A DNA stretch of 64,000 nt from Tubiluchus corallicola (lineage: Eukaryota; Animalia; Priapulida). The DNA lies in contig JAQGDQ010000179.1 in NCBI GenBank assembly GCA_030141605.1, positions 62,001-126,000 on the forward strand, given 5' to 3'. Below are positions 60,973 to 64,000 of this stretch, one piece after another. Both the position numbers and the translations under genes were made by a program. The notes under the pieces are model-generated. The model was given only the letters and a program-made list of their open reading frames with translations, was not told the origin of the DNA and made no database searches. Every line of letters starts with the position of its first letter. Within the stretch, counting starts at the first letter, position 1.

Positions 60973-62480
60973 TATCGTGACCGATTCTTTCTAGTCCTTA
61001 TCTTAAGTACCAGTTATCTTATATGATTAATCTCTCTCTGATAATGATCTAATGTATCAATTATCTATTACAAATTGCTATATCTCGTGATCGTATAGTA
61101 TGCACGTGACTTAAGAATCGTACGACTTGTTTAAAGGTTGATTCGCTTCTAATTTCATTAATCGCTAAGAGGTTATTTATAACCTGGCTCCTAGAGCTTA
61201 AGATTAGTCTATAGGGCTATGATTTTGTCCCACAAGACTGTTTCTACGACTTGGCGTTGTGATTAAGCTTACTAGCTTAGTTCCCGCAATTGAACTTATA
61301 AATTAAATTAATGATCAGTACACAGCGAATCCTCAGGTTCGTATTCAAATTTAATGTTGCTTAACTGAAACACCTATAAGCATTCATAAACTAGTCCTTT
61401 AAGTTAAAGCGAAATCTTTTATTGTCTTACAACAGATACTGGTAGCTAAATAATATTACAAGATTTGTTCCTAGTCGCCGCTAGACGCTCACAAATAATA
61501 TTTAGCTCCAAGAGATACATAAGGTGCTAGTTACAATGTGAAATATGCAATTACAATCAAACTGAATGTTACACTTAAGGTGTTTACTAACACTGTGAAC
61601 TATTACTATGCAGAGTTGCTCTCAAGTTACGATATGTTAAGATTACTTAACTCGGTGGAATGACGAATATGACGGCTGTTCAATTGGTCAAATCCAATTC
61701 TGATGCAAGACTAATTCGCAGATCCAGTGCTCAATTAGTTGAGTACGCAGATTGATGTCTATGTTGGTCTAACGTTGTCTCTGCTTCTTTCAGAATTCCA
61801 GTAGCCTCTCTCTCTCTCCGGCTCCTCTCTCCCTGACAACTCTCGACTGACTCACGACCAACTAACCACGTGTTCCTCAAGACATCGGCTTATATACCCA
61901 AACTGAGCATTCGGGACTTTCCCGCTAAACCGTAATATGTCGCAATAGTTCAAAGGTGATACCCTTGGCGTGAAGTTTACAACCACCCAGCTGGCTTGTT
62001 AACATAGCTTCTTGCATGAGAAAAACCGCTACTTGGCCCTTCGTCCTTCACATCATCCAACTCTCAGAGATTGCTCTCTGCTTCGCTTGGGCCATAAACC
62101 TTCCTTTCAAAGAAATCCACTCTTCGCTATTTCTTAATAATTGTAGGCAACTCTGCATAACATTACATTAGGCTTTTATCTAACTTTACGCAAAGTTATA
62201 AAAACAAGCTTCGCTTCTCCAAACTGAACACCTGCGACAAGCTCTTACGCTTTCTTAAATGAACACCTGTTCTACTTCTAGTAAACACAAACACCTCTGT
62301 GAAGATAATTTGTTTCGCATTAAATATCGTCCTTTAACCAGCTAAGTGAGTTCCCATAATCTATCAATAAATTTATCTAATCAAATCGAGGAGGAATCCG
62401 CCTTATCAACATAATCTAATAAAGTTGATAATTCCATTAATTAATTGCTAAATTAATGATTCCGAAATTTATTCATAACA
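60973..62480 (-). mobile_element. Probable solo LTR (Gypsy-like), 1508 bp
   Basis: 4-bp TSD ATCC (60969-60972, 62481-62484); termini TGTTATGA.. and ..TCACGATA (degenerate TG..CA inverted ends). Removing the element restores a MITE end (CGCATACACATCCGGATGC). TATA box at ~61890-61896 and AATAAA at ~61418-61423 on the minus strand; no coding sequence. Confidence 0.7.
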
Positions 62481-63203
62481 ATCCGGATGCCAGCTAAACA
62501 AGTAATGGACAATTAACAGTAATACACAAGCGCAGACCGTTCACTGTTATCGTGTCATTAGAAGTACATCGGACACTAATCAACCAATATGTGCATACTG
62601 TGATTCGTTTGACTTTTTGTACTTAGTTTTCGAGCTGAGCACAATTTTAATTCAGCGTGATCCGACTGATAAGATTGCCAACTCTGGAAATAACAGGACT
62701 CTACGGCTTCATACGTAACTTTGACAAATCGTCTTGTCTAAAAGTTTTACATTTTTGCTAATTACCTTGTTTTCGTCGTACGTCAGACTGGTTATCACTA
62801 AGCAATATTGAAAATGCAGTATTGCAGTGACCTACAAGAGCCCATGAACTATGCACACTGTAATTTATAGACAAGATAAAAAATTTTTAAAAAAATTCGC
62901 GTATTTACCCTTTTAGCCGTATAACATACTGTTATCGATTGTTTACCCTACCCGGGCTATATTAGAAATTCGTTAAAGTGTTGTGTTGATGCACTGCAAA
63001 GTTCGTCACAGTTTGTGATAATATAAATGCGTTTTAGCTTAAGTATTTAAGTAAGTAGGCAATTTTTGTCATTATATTACAGTACATATAATGATTTATT
63101 GTGTGGTTTTACGTACTACAACAAAGGGAAATTAACACAAAAAATCAAATTAGTTGTCTAATGAACTATATACAGTGATATTGAGAATAACGCAAATTTA
63201 CCT

Positions 63204-63340
63204 AAATTTATTGTTGATAGCGCGAACTGCAAACAGGATAGAAAGAAAACCTTGTGGTTTTTGCCAATTAATGAAATTTACTGTTGATAGCGCGAACTGC
63301 AACAGCACAGGAAGAAGACCTTGTGGTTTTAGTGTTAATT
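63204..63340. repeat. 70-bp tandem duplication upstream of the SLCO start
   Basis: AAATTTA(T/C)TGTTGATAGCGCGAACTGCAA...ACCTTGTGGTTTT occurs twice, starting at 63204 and 63274. Confidence 0.85.
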
Positions 63341-63454
63341 GCACGCATCTACGGCTAGAGTGGAGCATTTCAGAAAAGCTATTGCATGGATGATATTCGT
63401 CATTAATGATAGTTAGTGCACTCTTTGTGACCCTCATTTTGCACGAGTTTAATT

Positions 63455-64000
63455 ATGGCTTCTAACATCATTAATGAAGACAAAATGCCCACTGCAAAGA
63501 ATGTTTCAGCAGTGGAATCCGATCCAAAAACTGATGATCTGGTAATACATAATCATTCGTTTGGATACTTTTCTTATAAACCGCTTTGTCTGCAACGCTT
63601 CTGTCGTCCCAGATGGTTTCTATTTTGGATTTCTTTGAGCGTCGGCCTGCAGAGTCTGATTGAGGGTGGACTTCTTCCTGTAATCATTTCGACACTTGAA
63701 CAACGGTTTTCTCTTAGTAGCTCAGAGTCAGGATTTATCGCTAGTTGCTACGAAATTGCAACACTCATATGTTGCTTACCAGTAAGCTACATAGGTGCAA
63801 CGAGGCATAAACCACGTATTCTCGGCTTAGGGATGGTATTAGCAGGAATTGGTGCATTTGTGTTTAGCTTACCGCACTTTGCGACAGATTATTACTCTCC
63901 TACATTTTCTAATGATTCGGAATATTTGTGTGGTAATACGAGCCTACATAATCTCTGTGCAGAGACACAGGATTCAAGCCTTGCAAGTTACAAGTATGTC
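63455..64000 (+). CDS. Organic anion transporting polypeptide (SLCO/OATP, SLCO4-like), 5' part, truncated by the window end
   Basis: Frame open for 182 codons (absent from the ORF track because no stop is reached): FGYFSYKPLCLQRF, ISTLEQRFSLSSSESGFIASCYEI, VSYIG...HKPRILGLG, GAFVFSLPHF. Confidence 0.92.
   Translation, partial: MASNIINEDKMPTAKNVSAVESDPKTDDLVIHNHSFGYFSYKPLCLQRFCRPRWFLFWISLSVGLQSLIEGGLLPVIISTLEQRFSLSSSESGFIASCYEIATLICCLPVSYIGATRHKPRILGLGMVLAGIGAFVFSLPHFATDYYSPTFSNDSEYLCGNTSLHNLCAETQDSSLASYKYV

Overview
AT-rich, intron-rich genomic DNA from an invertebrate animal (taxon not determinable from this window). Five recognisable protein-coding genes: prolyl 4-hydroxylase alpha (minus, 7 coding exons, runs off the left edge); a single-ORF CatSper auxiliary subunit of the delta/epsilon family (plus, 816 aa); an SLC16/MCT transporter (plus, 4 exons, 427 aa); TTC14 (minus, 13 exons, ~1587 aa, with a very long RS/ULM-rich tail); and the start of an SLCO/OATP transporter at the right edge. 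Mobile DNA includes four RTE-X-like LINE pieces stacked inside one (GA)n/(GACAGA)n microsatellite in a P4HA intron, a full-length Bel/Pao LTR element with identical 220-bp LTRs in a TTC14 intron, a 1.5-kb probable solo LTR carrying a perfect NF-kB site next to its TATA box, several hAT and Tc1/pogo-type MITEs, a tRNA-derived SINE and old LINE fragments. Best leads: the apparently microsatellite-targeting LINE array, the intronless CatSper subunit, the ULM-rich TTC14 tail with a candidate poison exon, and an orphan spliced transcript upstream of TTC14. All family calls come from motif recognition by eye, not from database searches.
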